From NCBI GenBank assembly GCA_041176225.1, contig JBEDDM010000002.1, positions 1-56,308 of the forward strand: a stretch of 56,308 nucleotides of DNA, written 5' to 3'. This document shows, piece by piece, positions 1-11,620 of this stretch (its first letter is position 1; the number at the start of each line of letters is the position of its first letter). The DNA comes from Chloroflexota bacterium (GTDB lineage: Bacteria > Chloroflexota > Limnocylindria > Limnocylindrales > Limnocylindraceae). The position numbers and the translations under genes are program-made. Below the pieces are notes generated by a model. That model searched no databases, was not told the origin of the DNA, and saw nothing but the letters and a program-made list of their open reading frames with translations.

Positions 1-1164
<1,164 letters not shown>

Positions 1165-2097
1165 CTATCGCAGCCGGCGTCGGAATGGGAGTTGAGTTTG
1201 GCGGCCAGCCCAGATCCCCAGGATGATCAGCGCACCGCCGAGCGCCTGCACCGGGGCGAGCGCTTCTCCCAGGACAAACGCAGAGATAACGACGGCGAGA
1301 AACGGGACGAGGAGCTGGAAACTCGCCACGCGCGCAGGGCCAACCACGGGGACGGCTGTGAAGTAGAGCACGTTCGCGAGGCTACTCGAACCGAAGGTGG
1401 CATAAAGAATGCCGAAGAGTGCAACCGCAGGGATCGCTGGCGAGCTGAGTTCCGTCCACTGAATCGCGCCGAAGGGGATCAACACTGCCCCACCGATCAC
1501 CATGCTCCACCCCGTGAACGCGAGTGCGCCCGTGCGCGGAATCACTCGTGCGCCGGCGAGGAGATACGAAGCCCAACAGGCGGCGGCGAGCAGCGTTGCA
1601 GTGACACCAGCGGTTGTCCCGCCGAATGCGCCCGCCCCTTCACCCAACGCCACTGCGGCTACGCCCGCGAATGCGATCAAACCACCAGCGATAGTTGCGG
1701 GTCGTAGCGGATCGATGCGGAGAAGCGCCGCAAAGATCGCGGTGAGGAATGGAGTAACCGCAATCAACAGCGCACTCGTCCCAGCATTGATGGTGCCGAG
1801 TGATCCGGCCCAGAGAAGCTGATACGTCCCCTGCCCAATCACGCCGAATGCGCCGGTGATGAGAAGGTCACGCGGGGTCATACGGATGCTTCCGCCACGG
1901 AGTTGTGTCCAGAGGAGCACGATCAGGCCTGCCGCCGTGATCCGAATCGCCGAAAAGGGGAGTACCGGCCACGCGGTGACCGCCGCCTTCACCACCGTGA
2001 AGTTCGCCGCCCAGATCAGCATGGCGACCAGCACGCCAACTTCGGCAACCGCGCGCACGCTCGTTGGGCGACGGCTCATGAGGCTTCTTCGGGGCAT
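1165..2097 (-). CDS. EamA/DMT-family transporter (310 aa)
   Basis: C-terminal 310 aa of the 400-aa ORF 1165..2367. It starts at ATG 2097 ([10 protein letters not shown]), has about 10 hydrophobic helices and a duplicated EamA-like pattern. The longer ORF start would overlap tkt. Confidence 0.8.
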   Translation of the reverse strand: MPRRSLMSRRPTSVRAVAEVGVLVAMLIWAANFTVVKAAVTAWPVLPFSAIRITAAGLIVLLWTQLRGGSIRMTPRDLLITGAFGVIGQGTYQLLWAGSLGTINAGTSALLIAVTPFLTAIFAALLRIDPLRPATIAGGLIAFAGVAAVALGEGAGAFGGTTAGVTATLLAAACWASYLLAGARVIPRTGALAFTGWSMVIGGAVLIPFGAIQWTELSSPAIPAVALFGILYATFGSSSLANVLYFTAVPVVGPARVASFQLLVPFLAVVISAFVLGEALAPVQALGGALIILGIWAGRQTQLPFRRRLR

Positions 2098-2170
2098 TGC
2101 GCCTCCAGTACTACTGACTCCGATGGAGTCTACAATCAACGGACACCAACAACCACGCAGGGGGGCACTA

Positions 2171-4219
2171 ATGGATCCACGACTTGAGCAGTCAGCAATC
2201 ACCGCGATCCGCACCCTCGCGATCGACACCGTCCAGGCGGCAAACTCTGGCCACCCTGGCGCCCCCATGGGTTGCGCGCCGATGGCGCACACGATCTGGA
2301 CACGCCACCTCCGCCACGCACCTCGAACCCCTGGCTGGTTCGACCGCGACCGCTTCGTCCTCTCCAACGGCCATGCCAGTGCGCTCCTCTATTCACTCCT
2401 TCATCTCACCGGTTATGGGCTCACGATTGATGACCTGAGGTCATTCCGACAGTGGGGTTCACTGACGCCAGGACATCCGGAGTACGGACTGACGGCGGGC
2501 GTTGAAGCCACCACGGGCCCACTCGGTCAGGGGTTCGCGAACGGTGTCGGTATGGCGATCGCCGAGCGGCGCCTCGCCGCAGAGTTCAATCGACCAGGAC
2601 ACACCGTGATTGATCACCGCGTCTTCGCGATCGTCTCAGACGGAGACCTCCAAGAAGGGCTCGCATCCGAAGCTGCATCGCTCGCGGGGCACCTGAAGCT
2701 CGGCAAGTTGATCTACCTCTGGGATGACAACCTGATTCAACTTGACGGACCAACATCAACCGCCTGGTCGGAAGACGTAAAGAAGCGCTTTGACGCCTAC
2801 GGGTGGCACACGAGCAGCGTTGCAGACGGCAACGATGTTGCCTCCATTGATGCGGCGATCAGCGCAGCAATCAAGGATGATCGCCCGAGCCTCATCGCTG
2901 TGCGCACTGTCATCGGTTTCGGTTCGCCGAATAAGGCGGGGAGCCAGAAGTCACACGGCGCACCGCTCGGTCCAGACGAAGTGAAGCTCACGAAGTCGGC
3001 ATACGGCGCAGATCCCGATGCAACGTTTGACGTTCCCGCGGATGTTGCCGAGTTCTACCGCGGCGCGATCACCGGTGGTGAGGCACTCGTTGCAGCGCAC
3101 ACCAAGCGACTCCTCGCATACGCGACCGCCTTCCCTGCAGAGGCGGCGGAACTCCAGCGCCGCATGGCGGGCGGGCTGCCGAGCGACTGGGAGCGCGCGC
3201 TGCCCGTTTATGAACTTGGCGGTGATGCGCCAACGCGCAACGTCAGCCAGTCGAGCATCAAGGCGCTCGCCGCGGTGCTGCCGGAGCTGATCGGCGGCAG
3301 CGCCGACCTCTCTGAGTCGAACCTCACCGATATCCATGAAGGGGGCCGCTTCACCGCAACAGATTCGGGTCGCAACATTAGCTTCGGCGTGCGCGAGCAT
3401 GCGGCGGCGGCGATCACCAACGGGATCGCGTATCACGGCGGACTGATCCCGTTCAGCGCCACCTTCCTCACCTTCAGCGATTACATGCGCGGCTCGCTGC
3501 GACTCGCAGCACTCGCCGGGCTCGGCAGCATCTTCGTCTTCACGCACGACTCTATTGGCCTTGGTGAAGATGGCCCAACCCATCAGCCGGTTGAGCACTA
3601 CGCCGCGTTGCGTGCAATTCCAAACCTGCGCTTCTTCCGCCCAGGGGATCCGAATGAGGCGGCGCACGCCTGGGGCGTTGCGATTGAACGGCGCGACGCA
3701 CCAACGGTGCTCGCCTTCACACGACAGAAGCTGCCCGTGCTCCCTGGCTCCATCACCGGAGCGGCGGCTGGCGTGAAGCGCGGCGCATATGTGGTTCGCG
3801 AAGCGAGCGCGCAGGCGAAGGCGATCCTCATTGCCACAGGGTCAGAGGTGCACCTCGCCGTTTCTGCAGCAGAACTCCTTGAGGCATCTGGCACGCCTAC
3901 GCGCGTTGTCTCGGCTCCATGTCTTGAACTCTTTGGTGATCAAGATGCTGCGTACCGCGAGTCAGTCCTCCCCGCCGCGGTTCGCGCGCGCGTCGGCATT
4001 GAGGCCGGCGTCAGCCTCGGATGGGATCGCTGGACTGGAAGCGATGGCGCAATCATCGCCATGGATCGCTTCGGTGCTTCGGCACCTGCACCGAAACTCT
4101 TCGCTGAATTCGGCTTCACGCCAGAGCGCATTGCAGAGGTTGCGCGCGGTGTGATCGCTGGAACGTACCGCGGTGTGATCCCAACGCCGCACCTCCACGA
4201 CGGCCATCAGGTCAGCTGA
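2171..4219 (+). CDS. tkt: transketolase (682 aa)
   Basis: Internal ATG at 2171 ([34 protein letters not shown]). TPP motif [25 protein letters not shown] present. The first 105 codons of ORF 1856..4219 overlap the divergent EamA gene and are rejected. Confidence 0.96.
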   Translation: MDPRLEQSAITAIRTLAIDTVQAANSGHPGAPMGCAPMAHTIWTRHLRHAPRTPGWFDRDRFVLSNGHASALLYSLLHLTGYGLTIDDLRSFRQWGSLTPGHPEYGLTAGVEATTGPLGQGFANGVGMAIAERRLAAEFNRPGHTVIDHRVFAIVSDGDLQEGLASEAASLAGHLKLGKLIYLWDDNLIQLDGPTSTAWSEDVKKRFDAYGWHTSSVADGNDVASIDAAISAAIKDDRPSLIAVRTVIGFGSPNKAGSQKSHGAPLGPDEVKLTKSAYGADPDATFDVPADVAEFYRGAITGGEALVAAHTKRLLAYATAFPAEAAELQRRMAGGLPSDWERALPVYELGGDAPTRNVSQSSIKALAAVLPELIGGSADLSESNLTDIHEGGRFTATDSGRNISFGVREHAAAAITNGIAYHGGLIPFSATFLTFSDYMRGSLRLAALAGLGSIFVFTHDSIGLGEDGPTHQPVEHYAALRAIPNLRFFRPGDPNEAAHAWGVAIERRDAPTVLAFTRQKLPVLPGSITGAAAGVKRGAYVVREASAQAKAILIATGSEVHLAVSAAELLEASGTPTRVVSAPCLELFGDQDAAYRESVLPAAVRARVGIEAGVSLGWDRWTGSDGAIIAMDRFGASAPAPKLFAEFGFTPERIAEVARGVIAGTYRGVIPTPHLHDGHQVS

Positions 4220-4220
4220 G

Positions 4221-4688
4221 GTGGCAGCCCGTAAGCTCGCGATTGCCGCAGATCACGCAGGCGCTGCGCTCAAGGCTGCACTGCTCAACGCACTTCAGAC
4301 GATCGCCCCTGACTGGGAGGGGATCGACCTCGGCGGCGACGGGAGCGATCTCACGGACGATTACCCAGATGCATCACGTGCCGTGGCTGAACTGATGCAG
4401 CGCGGCGGTGCCGAGCGCGGCCTGCTGATCTGCGGCTCAGGGATCGGCGTCACGATCGCGGCGAACAAGTTCAACGGAATCCGTGCATCCATTGCGCATG
4501 ATCCGGCTTCCGCGGAGCAGGGCGTGGTTCACGACGCCATGAATGTGCTTTCACTCGGGGCAAAGGTGATTGACTCCGCAACCGCAGCCACCGTACTCGC
4601 CGCATTCCTCGCTGCCACACCGAGTGACGCCGAGCGATTTGTCCGCCGCACTAACAAGGTGCAACAGATTGAGAAGGAACAGGGGTGA
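4221..4688 (+). CDS. rpiB: ribose-5-phosphate isomerase B (RpiB/LacAB family)
   Basis: LICGSGIGVTIAANKFNGIRA motif. 155 aa. GTG start 1 nt after the tkt stop. Confidence 0.9.
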   Translation: MAARKLAIAADHAGAALKAALLNALQTIAPDWEGIDLGGDGSDLTDDYPDASRAVAELMQRGGAERGLLICGSGIGVTIAANKFNGIRASIAHDPASAEQGVVHDAMNVLSLGAKVIDSATAATVLAAFLAATPSDAERFVRRTNKVQQIEKEQG

Positions 4689-6442
4689 GCGGCGAGCTAC
4701 GACTCCCCTTCTCTGCACGCGTCAGCCGCGCCTCAGATCTTGCAGCGATCAGCGCAGTGTTTGAGCGCGCGCGCAGCGAAGAGTGGGCGACGCGACTTGC
4801 CGATAAGGACGTCACACTCTGGAGCCGTGACCCCGAAGTTCAGGCGAAGATCGCAAATCGGCTCGGCTGGCTCGACGCACCAGCGCACTTCACCGAGCAG
4901 GTCCCAGCTCTTGAAGCGTTCGGCGAGAAGGTGCGCGACGCAGGATTCACCACGGCAATCGTGGCGGGGATGGGTGGATCCTCTCTCGCTCCCGAAGTGC
5001 TCGCCACCGCGTTCGCTTCAATCAGCGAGTGGCTGAAGATTCGCGTCTGTGACTCCACGGATCCGGAGGCGGTTGCGGCGGCGCTCGCTGGGCTCAACCC
5101 TGCCAAGACGCTGGTGATCGTTGCAAGCAAGTCTGGCACCACCACGGAGACGCTCTCATTCGCCGCCTATGCGGCGGGATGGATCTCAAGCGCACTCAGT
5201 GCAGGCGAAGATCCGTTCGCCTCAATGATTGCGATCAGCGACCCCTCGCCAAGCATTGATGGGATTCCGGGGAGTGAGCGGATGCTCGAACGCTTCTTGA
5301 ACCCCGCTGACATTGGCGGACGCTACTCCGCACTCAGCTTTGTTGGGCTCGTGCCAGCAAGCCTGCTCGGCATTGACCTGGATTCACTGCTCGCTGCAGG
5401 TGCCGTCGCTGCCGCTCAACTGCGCGAGCCAGAGCCAACCGCCAACCGTGCCGTTGCGCTCGGCGTGATCATTGGGGCGCTCGCGCGCGAGGGGCGCGAT
5501 AAGTTGACCCTTCTCGTTGATGAGCCGATCCACGGCTTCGGCGCATGGGCGGAGCAACTTGTTGCAGAGAGCACGGGAAAGCAGGGCGTAGGCGTCGTCC
5601 CTGTTGACCTTGAGCCGCTCGGCGCACTTGAGAGCTACCAGGACGATCGCCTCTTCGTGCGCATCGCGCTTAATTTCGGCGACGCACCACGCGCTGCAGA
5701 TGGAACCTCTGCTGATACTCGACTCAACGAACTTGCGGCGGCAGGACACCCCGTCATCAGCTACACACTGAGTGACGCAATAGATCTTGGCGGAGAGTTC
5801 CTTCACTGGGAGGCGGCAACAGCGATCGCAGGCGTCGTCCTAGGAATCAATCCATTTGATGAACCGAATGTGACCGAGTCCAAGCAGAACACCACCGCAG
5901 TGCTCGGTGAACTCGCCGCAACTGGCGCACTCCCAGAACTGACTCCGAAGTGTGCCGACGGGCCACTTCAGATCTGGGTAGACGGCGCGCTCCCTGCCGC
6001 ATTTGCAGATGACGCGGTGAAACTCGTTGCGGGTCAACTGCAGCGACTTGCACAGCGCGGCTATATTGGCATCCATGTGTACATCGCCACCACGCCCGAA
6101 CGGACGGCTGCGCTCACCTCACTCCGCCTGCTACTGCGCGATGGGACACACCGCGCCACCACCGTTGGCTACGGTCCGCGCTTCCTCCACTCAACGGGGC
6201 AGCTGCACAAGGGGGGCGCGCCGATCGGCTGGTTTATCCAACTCGTCGCAGGGCGACCGCACGACCTTGAGATTCCAGGGAGCAGTTTCACCTTCGGTCA
6301 ACTTGTTGACGCACAGGCACTTGGTGACGCACGTTCACTTGTGGCCCATGATCTGCCGATCCTTCGCATCCACCTCGGCTCGAACCCAGACGCTGGGCTC
6401 GTAGCGGTAGAGTCGCTCTTCCGCCGCGCGCTTAGTGCCTGA
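4685..6442 (+). CDS. pgi: glucose-6-phosphate isomerase
   Basis: SIS/PGI motifs VAGMGGSSLAPEV, VASKSGTTTETL and GGRYSALS. GTGA overlap with the rpiB stop. Confidence 0.88.
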   Translation: MSGELRLPFSARVSRASDLAAISAVFERARSEEWATRLADKDVTLWSRDPEVQAKIANRLGWLDAPAHFTEQVPALEAFGEKVRDAGFTTAIVAGMGGSSLAPEVLATAFASISEWLKIRVCDSTDPEAVAAALAGLNPAKTLVIVASKSGTTTETLSFAAYAAGWISSALSAGEDPFASMIAISDPSPSIDGIPGSERMLERFLNPADIGGRYSALSFVGLVPASLLGIDLDSLLAAGAVAAAQLREPEPTANRAVALGVIIGALAREGRDKLTLLVDEPIHGFGAWAEQLVAESTGKQGVGVVPVDLEPLGALESYQDDRLFVRIALNFGDAPRAADGTSADTRLNELAAAGHPVISYTLSDAIDLGGEFLHWEAATAIAGVVLGINPFDEPNVTESKQNTTAVLGELAATGALPELTPKCADGPLQIWVDGALPAAFADDAVKLVAGQLQRLAQRGYIGIHVYIATTPERTAALTSLRLLLRDGTHRATTVGYGPRFLHSTGQLHKGGAPIGWFIQLVAGRPHDLEIPGSSFTFGQLVDAQALGDARSLVAHDLPILRIHLGSNPDAGLVAVESLFRRALSA

Positions 6443-6515
6443 ACCACAGCGGGTCGCACGCACGCGCTAGCATCTCAGTGACGGCCCAGGTGTGGCCACA
6501 AGTGAGGAGGCTCCT

Positions 6516-7415
6516 GTGAAGATCGGATTCATTGGTCTTGGAAAGATGGGCGGCAACATGGTCAAGCGCCTCCTTCGAGGCGGACATGAGGTAGCTATCT
6601 GGAACCGCTCGCGAGAGAAGACCGACGAGATCGCAAAAGACGGCGCCACCCCCACCTATAGCGTGAAGGACCTCGTTGCCGCGCTCCCATCTCCACGCAA
6701 AGTCTGGGTGATGGTGCCGAGCGGCGATGCCACCGAAGCCATGATTGACGAACTCATCCCGCTCCTTGGAAAAGGAGACACGGTGATCGATGGTGGTAAC
6801 TCCAACTTTCACGACACGATCCGCCGGCACGAGAAACTTGCTGGGCACGGCATCCACTTCATTGATGCTGGAACCTCAGGTGGCGTATGGGGACTTGAGA
6901 ACGGCTACTGCATGATGGTGGGCGGCGATGCCGCTCCGGTGAAGGAGATGGAGCCGATCTTCCTCACGCTTGCACCGAAGGACGGCTACATGCACTGCGG
7001 TGCAACTGGCGCTGGTCACTACGTCAAAATGGTGCACAACGGGATTGAATACGGCCTGATGCAGGCATACGCCGAAGGGTTTGAGATCCTCGCAAAGTCC
7101 CGCTACAAGGTTGACCTTGCAAAGGTCTCCGACCTTTGGATGCAAGGTTCCGTCGTGCGCAGTTGGCTCCTTGAACTCGCTGGGCGCGCCTTCCGCGCTG
7201 AAGGGAATGAACTGAAGTCCATCAAGGGCTGGGTTGCAGATTCTGGGGAGGGGCGCTGGACGGTGCAAGAGGCGATTGACCTTGATGTCCCAGCACCGCT
7301 GATCACCCTCTCGCTCCTGACGAGGTTCCGATCACGTCAAGAGGATTCGTACAGCGCAAAGGTGCTCGCTGCGTTGCGCAATCAGTTCGGCGGACATGCG
7401 GTGAAGCCGGAGTGA
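6516..7415 (+). CDS. gnd: 6-phosphogluconate dehydrogenase, short (~300 aa) decarboxylating form
   Basis: VKIGFIGLGKMGGNMVKRLL Rossmann N-terminus and GAGHYVKMVHNGIEYGLMQAYAEG. I prefer GTG 6516 (GAGGAGG at 6504-6510) over the ORF-track start at 6492. Confidence 0.9.
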   Translation: MKIGFIGLGKMGGNMVKRLLRGGHEVAIWNRSREKTDEIAKDGATPTYSVKDLVAALPSPRKVWVMVPSGDATEAMIDELIPLLGKGDTVIDGGNSNFHDTIRRHEKLAGHGIHFIDAGTSGGVWGLENGYCMMVGGDAAPVKEMEPIFLTLAPKDGYMHCGATGAGHYVKMVHNGIEYGLMQAYAEGFEILAKSRYKVDLAKVSDLWMQGSVVRSWLLELAGRAFRAEGNELKSIKGWVADSGEGRWTVQEAIDLDVPAPLITLSLLTRFRSRQEDSYSAKVLAALRNQFGGHAVKPE

Positions 7416-9028
7416 AAAGCGGAAAAACGGGCGAGGGCGGCGGAACGCTCCGCAACCTCCGCATTGCACGCGCAGGAAAAAAGGTAACGCCGAAGCGAAG
7501 TAAGGCGAATCCGCTTCGTTCAGGCCTGCGCATTGAGCGCGTCCCTGACCCAAACATCGTGGTGCTCTTCGGAGCAACCGGCGACCTTGCACATCGCAAG
7601 GTTGTCCCAGCCTTGTACCACCTTTGGGCTGGCGATCTCCTTCCAGAGAAGTTCGCCCTTGTCTGCTTTGGGCGACGTGATGCAACGGATGCATCAATGC
7701 GCACTGACCTGCGTGCATCACTCGAGAAGCACGCTCGCGTCAAGCCAATTGATGAAGCCCGCTGGAGTGAGTTTGCTGCGCGCATCAGCTACGTCAAGGG
7801 TGCGTTTGATAATCCTGAGTCCTACGCCGCCCTGAGCCGACACCTTGATGCAATTGACGCGAGCGTTGGGACTGGAGGGAACCGCCTCTTTTATCTCGCA
7901 ACTCCAGCCTCATCATTTCCGGAGATCATCCGCGGTCTCGGCGCTGCAGGGCTCGATCACGAGACGGGTGAGGGTGGCTGGCGACGCGTCGTTATTGAGA
8001 AGCCCTTCGGTCGCGACCTTGAATCTGCCGTGAAGCTCAACCGCGAGGTTGGCAAAGTCTTCCGCGAGAGTCAGGTCTACCGCATTGACCACTACCTCGG
8101 TAAAGAGACCGTTCGCAACATCTTGATCTTTCGCTTCGGCAACCTGATCTTTGAGCCAATCTGGCACCGTAGATACATTGACCACATTCAAATCACCGTG
8201 GCAGAGTCGATCGGCGTGGAAGGGCGTGGGGCATTCTATGAAGAGACGGGGGCGCTCCGTGACATCTTGCAGAACCACCTCTTGCAGCTCCTCACGCTCG
8301 TTGCAATGGAGCCACCCGCCACGCTTGATGCGGAGGCTCTCCGCGACGAGAAGGTGAAGGTGCTCCGTGCCGTTCGTCTCCTAAGCACCGATACGGTTGA
8401 TGAACACGTCGTGCGCGGCCAATACGGGCCAGGGTGGATCGGCGCCACCGAGGTGGTCGGATACCGAAGCGAGCCTGAGGTGGATGCCGCATCAGAGACG
8501 GAGACGTTCGTCGCCACTCGATTTGAGATTGATGACTGGCGCTGGGCGGGCGTCCCCTTCTATCTGCGAGCCGGAAAACGTCTCCCAAAGCGCGCCACGG
8601 AGATCGCCATCCAGTTCAAGGATGTTCCGCAGCGCCTCTTCTCACCAACTGGTGATGCGCCCGAGCCAAACATGCTCGTGATTCGTATCCAGCCTGACGA
8701 GGGGATCTTGATGCGATTTGCCGCGAAGGTACCAGGGCTAGGCACAGATGTACGACCAGTCAACATGGACTTCGCCTACGGCTCCGCATTCTCGGTGGAG
8801 AGTCCAGACGCGTATGAGACGCTCATCTTGGACGCACTCCTCGGAGATGCGTCGCTCTTCACGCGCGCCGACGAGGTGGAGGCCGCCTGGCGGATCGTTG
8901 ATCCGATCATGGAGTCCTGGCTCGCCGGCGCTGAACCGGCACTTCCCAATTACGCCGCAGGGACGTGGGGCCCAGATGCCGCCGATGCGCTCCTCACCCG
9001 CGAGGGGCGTCGCTGGCGCAGGCTGTAG
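7412..9028 (+). CDS. zwf: glucose-6-phosphate 1-dehydrogenase
   Basis: LFGATGDLAHRKVVPALY, EKPFG and RIDHYLGKE motifs. GTGA overlap with the gnd stop. The N-terminal ~45 aa are basic, so the start is uncertain. Confidence 0.95.
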   Translation: MKSGKTGEGGGTLRNLRIARAGKKVTPKRSKANPLRSGLRIERVPDPNIVVLFGATGDLAHRKVVPALYHLWAGDLLPEKFALVCFGRRDATDASMRTDLRASLEKHARVKPIDEARWSEFAARISYVKGAFDNPESYAALSRHLDAIDASVGTGGNRLFYLATPASSFPEIIRGLGAAGLDHETGEGGWRRVVIEKPFGRDLESAVKLNREVGKVFRESQVYRIDHYLGKETVRNILIFRFGNLIFEPIWHRRYIDHIQITVAESIGVEGRGAFYEETGALRDILQNHLLQLLTLVAMEPPATLDAEALRDEKVKVLRAVRLLSTDTVDEHVVRGQYGPGWIGATEVVGYRSEPEVDAASETETFVATRFEIDDWRWAGVPFYLRAGKRLPKRATEIAIQFKDVPQRLFSPTGDAPEPNMLVIRIQPDEGILMRFAAKVPGLGTDVRPVNMDFAYGSAFSVESPDAYETLILDALLGDASLFTRADEVEAAWRIVDPIMESWLAGAEPALPNYAAGTWGPDAADALLTREGRRWRRL

Positions 9029-9034
9029 CGCCAA

Positions 9035-10210
9035 ATGAACCTCAGCGCCGCAGAGCTCTCTACCCTGCGATGGAAGTCCACCGCACACTCGGTTGCGGAG
9101 GCGGACGCACTCCTCGCGCGACTCTGGGGTAGCACCGAGTCGCGTCAGCAGATCAGCGCCAACGCACTGCCAGATGGAAGTGGGACGACGCCACTCGCGG
9201 TACGAACTGGCGTGATGAACCTCGTGGTGGTGGCGCCGGGTGAAGAGCGCGCGGTTGGCGCGGCGAGTTCACTTACAAGCCTCCCAAGAAACCCTTCGCG
9301 CACCCTCTTCATCGTGCCGCGCGATCCAGAGGGACCACCCACCTTTCAGGCGCGACTTGAGATCTTTTGTGCGGTCACCCCTCGCGGCGACGGCACATCT
9401 GCGTGCACGGAGCTTCTCTGGATTGATGCGAGCGGTGAAGCCGGGCGCCACCTCTCCAGCATGGTTCCTCAGCTCTCACTGCATGACCTTCCAACTCTCC
9501 TTTGGTGGGATCACACCGTTGATCCAACAAGTCGTGACTTGAAGGAGTTGCTACGAGGCGTTGACCGAATCCTTATCAACGGCGCTGAGCAGCAAGGGGT
9601 TGGGATTGAGGTTGTACGCGACCTGATCACCCTTTCACGTGTCTCAGGCACTGCGATCAGTGACTTCTCACTGATACGACAGGCACGCTGGCGCGATGCG
9701 GTTGCCTCCGCGTTTGACGAACCAGAGGTCGCTCCGTATCTGCATGCGATCACGAAGATCCGTGCCACGTATTCTGCGGGGAGCAGCATCACCGCCCCAG
9801 CAAACGTCGTGAAGCCGACCTACCACCTTGCCTGGATCGCCTCACGCCTGAACGCGCGTGTCACCGCGCCACTTGAGAACCACGCTGGAACATGGAGTGC
9901 AGCGATTGACGAGGAGGGGCGACGCATTGCGCTCACGCTCGAGCCGGTGCTGGATGCGGGCCGATCAGGAACCACGCTCGCCCTCCACATCACGGCAGAG
10001 CGCCGCGGAGGCGTGTTGGAGCTCAGCGTGCGTGCAGATGGCGAGAGCACCCATGTCCGCGCATCAATCAACGGCACACCTGTCCATGAGCGCACGCTGC
10101 GAGCAAAGCGCGCCACTGACGCTGAACTGCTCAGTCAGGCACTTGAGCTTGGCGAAGTCGACCCACTCTCCCCATCTATCCTGCGCGCATTTGCGCAACT
10201 CGTCGGATGA
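9035..10210 (+). CDS. opcA: OpcA, glucose-6-phosphate dehydrogenase assembly protein
   Basis: Sits between zwf and pgl as in actinobacterial and cyanobacterial clusters. LPTLLWW motif. About 390 aa. Confidence 0.8.
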   Translation: MNLSAAELSTLRWKSTAHSVAEADALLARLWGSTESRQQISANALPDGSGTTPLAVRTGVMNLVVVAPGEERAVGAASSLTSLPRNPSRTLFIVPRDPEGPPTFQARLEIFCAVTPRGDGTSACTELLWIDASGEAGRHLSSMVPQLSLHDLPTLLWWDHTVDPTSRDLKELLRGVDRILINGAEQQGVGIEVVRDLITLSRVSGTAISDFSLIRQARWRDAVASAFDEPEVAPYLHAITKIRATYSAGSSITAPANVVKPTYHLAWIASRLNARVTAPLENHAGTWSAAIDEEGRRIALTLEPVLDAGRSGTTLALHITAERRGGVLELSVRADGESTHVRASINGTPVHERTLRAKRATDAELLSQALELGEVDPLSPSILRAFAQLVG

Positions 10211-10971
10211 GCGGGCCACGCATCATCGTTGTAGAAGACGCCAAGGCGGTCGCCCTAGCGGCGGCTGACCTCGTGATAGCAGCTGCCACGCGATCCGTTG
10301 CGGCTCGCGGCGTCTTTCACTGGTGCGCGACTGGCGGGAGCACTCCTGCTGCGCTCTACGCCGCAATGCGTGATTCGAGGCTATCGTCCCAAATGCCGTG
10401 GAGCAAGACACATATTTGGTTTGGTGACGAGCGACATGTGGATCGGGCCGATCCACTTTCCAATGCATCGCTTGTGGATGAATTACTCCTTCTGCCCACG
10501 GCTGCGAAGACCTCTGCAGATGGCCTCGCAGTACAGGTACATGCCTGGCCGACTCAACTGCCAGGATCAGCTGCAGTGAATTCGTACCTCAATGAACTAG
10601 ATGAGTTCCAGGTACCTCTGAACGCCGAGAGATTTCCTATCTTTGACATCGTGATGATTGGAGTCGGTTCAGATGGACACTGCTTGAGCGTGTTTCCCGG
10701 CTCTAGCCTAGCCCGAGAGGGTGCGCCGGTTGCATCTTCGGTGGAGGCGCCAACTCACATTGAACCTCATGTGTCGCGATTAACGTTCTCCATTGGGATT
10801 CTTGCAAGCGCACGCTCAGTTTGCGTGAGTGTCGTTGGTTCTGGAAAAATCAATGCGCTAACGTCAATCATGGAGACAAGCTCCTCGATCACTGAGTTTC
10901 CTGCCAAGGCCGCACTGATCGACACAGCCACTTGGCTAGTGGATCAAGCCGCATCAGACGGGCTCCGCTAG
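10207..10971 (+). CDS. pgl: 6-phosphogluconolactonase
   Basis: GGSTPAALY, WFGDERHV and GVGSDGHCLSVFPG motifs. ATGA overlap with opcA. Confidence 0.9.
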   Translation: MSGPRIIVVEDAKAVALAAADLVIAAATRSVAARGVFHWCATGGSTPAALYAAMRDSRLSSQMPWSKTHIWFGDERHVDRADPLSNASLVDELLLLPTAAKTSADGLAVQVHAWPTQLPGSAAVNSYLNELDEFQVPLNAERFPIFDIVMIGVGSDGHCLSVFPGSSLAREGAPVASSVEAPTHIEPHVSRLTFSIGILASARSVCVSVVGSGKINALTSIMETSSSITEFPAKAALIDTATWLVDQAASDGLR

Positions 10972-10981
10972 ACTCTGGCCG

Positions 10982-11566
10982 ATGGCTGCAACGCGTATTC
11001 CCTGGCTTCACGTGATCGCTGGCTGCATGAGCAGCGGCAAGACGGCTGAGGTCGTGCGCCTCCTGAGCCGCCGCGAGATCGCTGGCCAGAGCGTCCTGCT
11101 GATCACCCCGGCCCGCGATACCCGTGTAGCCCCCGGAGAGGTTGTAAGCCGGACGGGGACGCGCTTCCCGAGCGTTGTTGCCAAGGATGCCACGTCACTC
11201 CGCGACGAAGTGCTCGCGCGAGATCCGGACGCGGTGGCGGTTGAAGAGGCGCAGTTCTTCGGGCCAGACCTCCCCACGATCATTGAAGAGCTCGTTGCAG
11301 GCCCTCGCACCGTAATAGTCAGTGGGCTTGACCAGGACTTTGCTGGTCGACCGTTCGCCACGATTCCTGAACTACTCGCACGCGCTGACGAAGTGACGAA
11401 GCTCACCGCAATCTGCGTGAAGTGCGGCGGGGAGGCGACGCGAACGCAGCGCATGCGCAACGGACGGCCGGCGAGCGTGAGCGACGAACTGATTGTCATT
11501 GGCGGCATGGGTGGCGATGACACCTACGAGGCGCGATGCCGCGCCTGCCACGTCGTCCTTCCTTAG
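10982..11566 (+). CDS. tdk: thymidine kinase
   Basis: P-loop GCMSSGKTAEVVR. C-terminal zinc motif CVKCGGEATRTQR ... YEARCRACH. 194 aa. Confidence 0.9.
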   Translation: MAATRIPWLHVIAGCMSSGKTAEVVRLLSRREIAGQSVLLITPARDTRVAPGEVVSRTGTRFPSVVAKDATSLRDEVLARDPDAVAVEEAQFFGPDLPTIIEELVAGPRTVIVSGLDQDFAGRPFATIPELLARADEVTKLTAICVKCGGEATRTQRMRNGRPASVSDELIVIGGMGGDDTYEARCRACHVVLP

Positions 11567-11620
11567 ATAGCGGGGCCTGCAGGCCTGAAATCTCGCGTAA
11601 CGGCAGGCTGCGTCCAGCGG

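Noticed and set aside
1856-2170. 105-codon N-terminal extension of the transketolase ORF
   Set aside because: It overlaps the divergent EamA gene, is Arg-rich, and the conserved Tkt N-terminus begins at ATG 2171.
11574-11585. Perfect 12-nt palindrome GGCCTGCAGGCC between convergent tdk and the lipoprotein gene
   Set aside because: It cannot form a hairpin with a viable loop and has no U-tract. At best it is a weak terminator or a chance GC palindrome.
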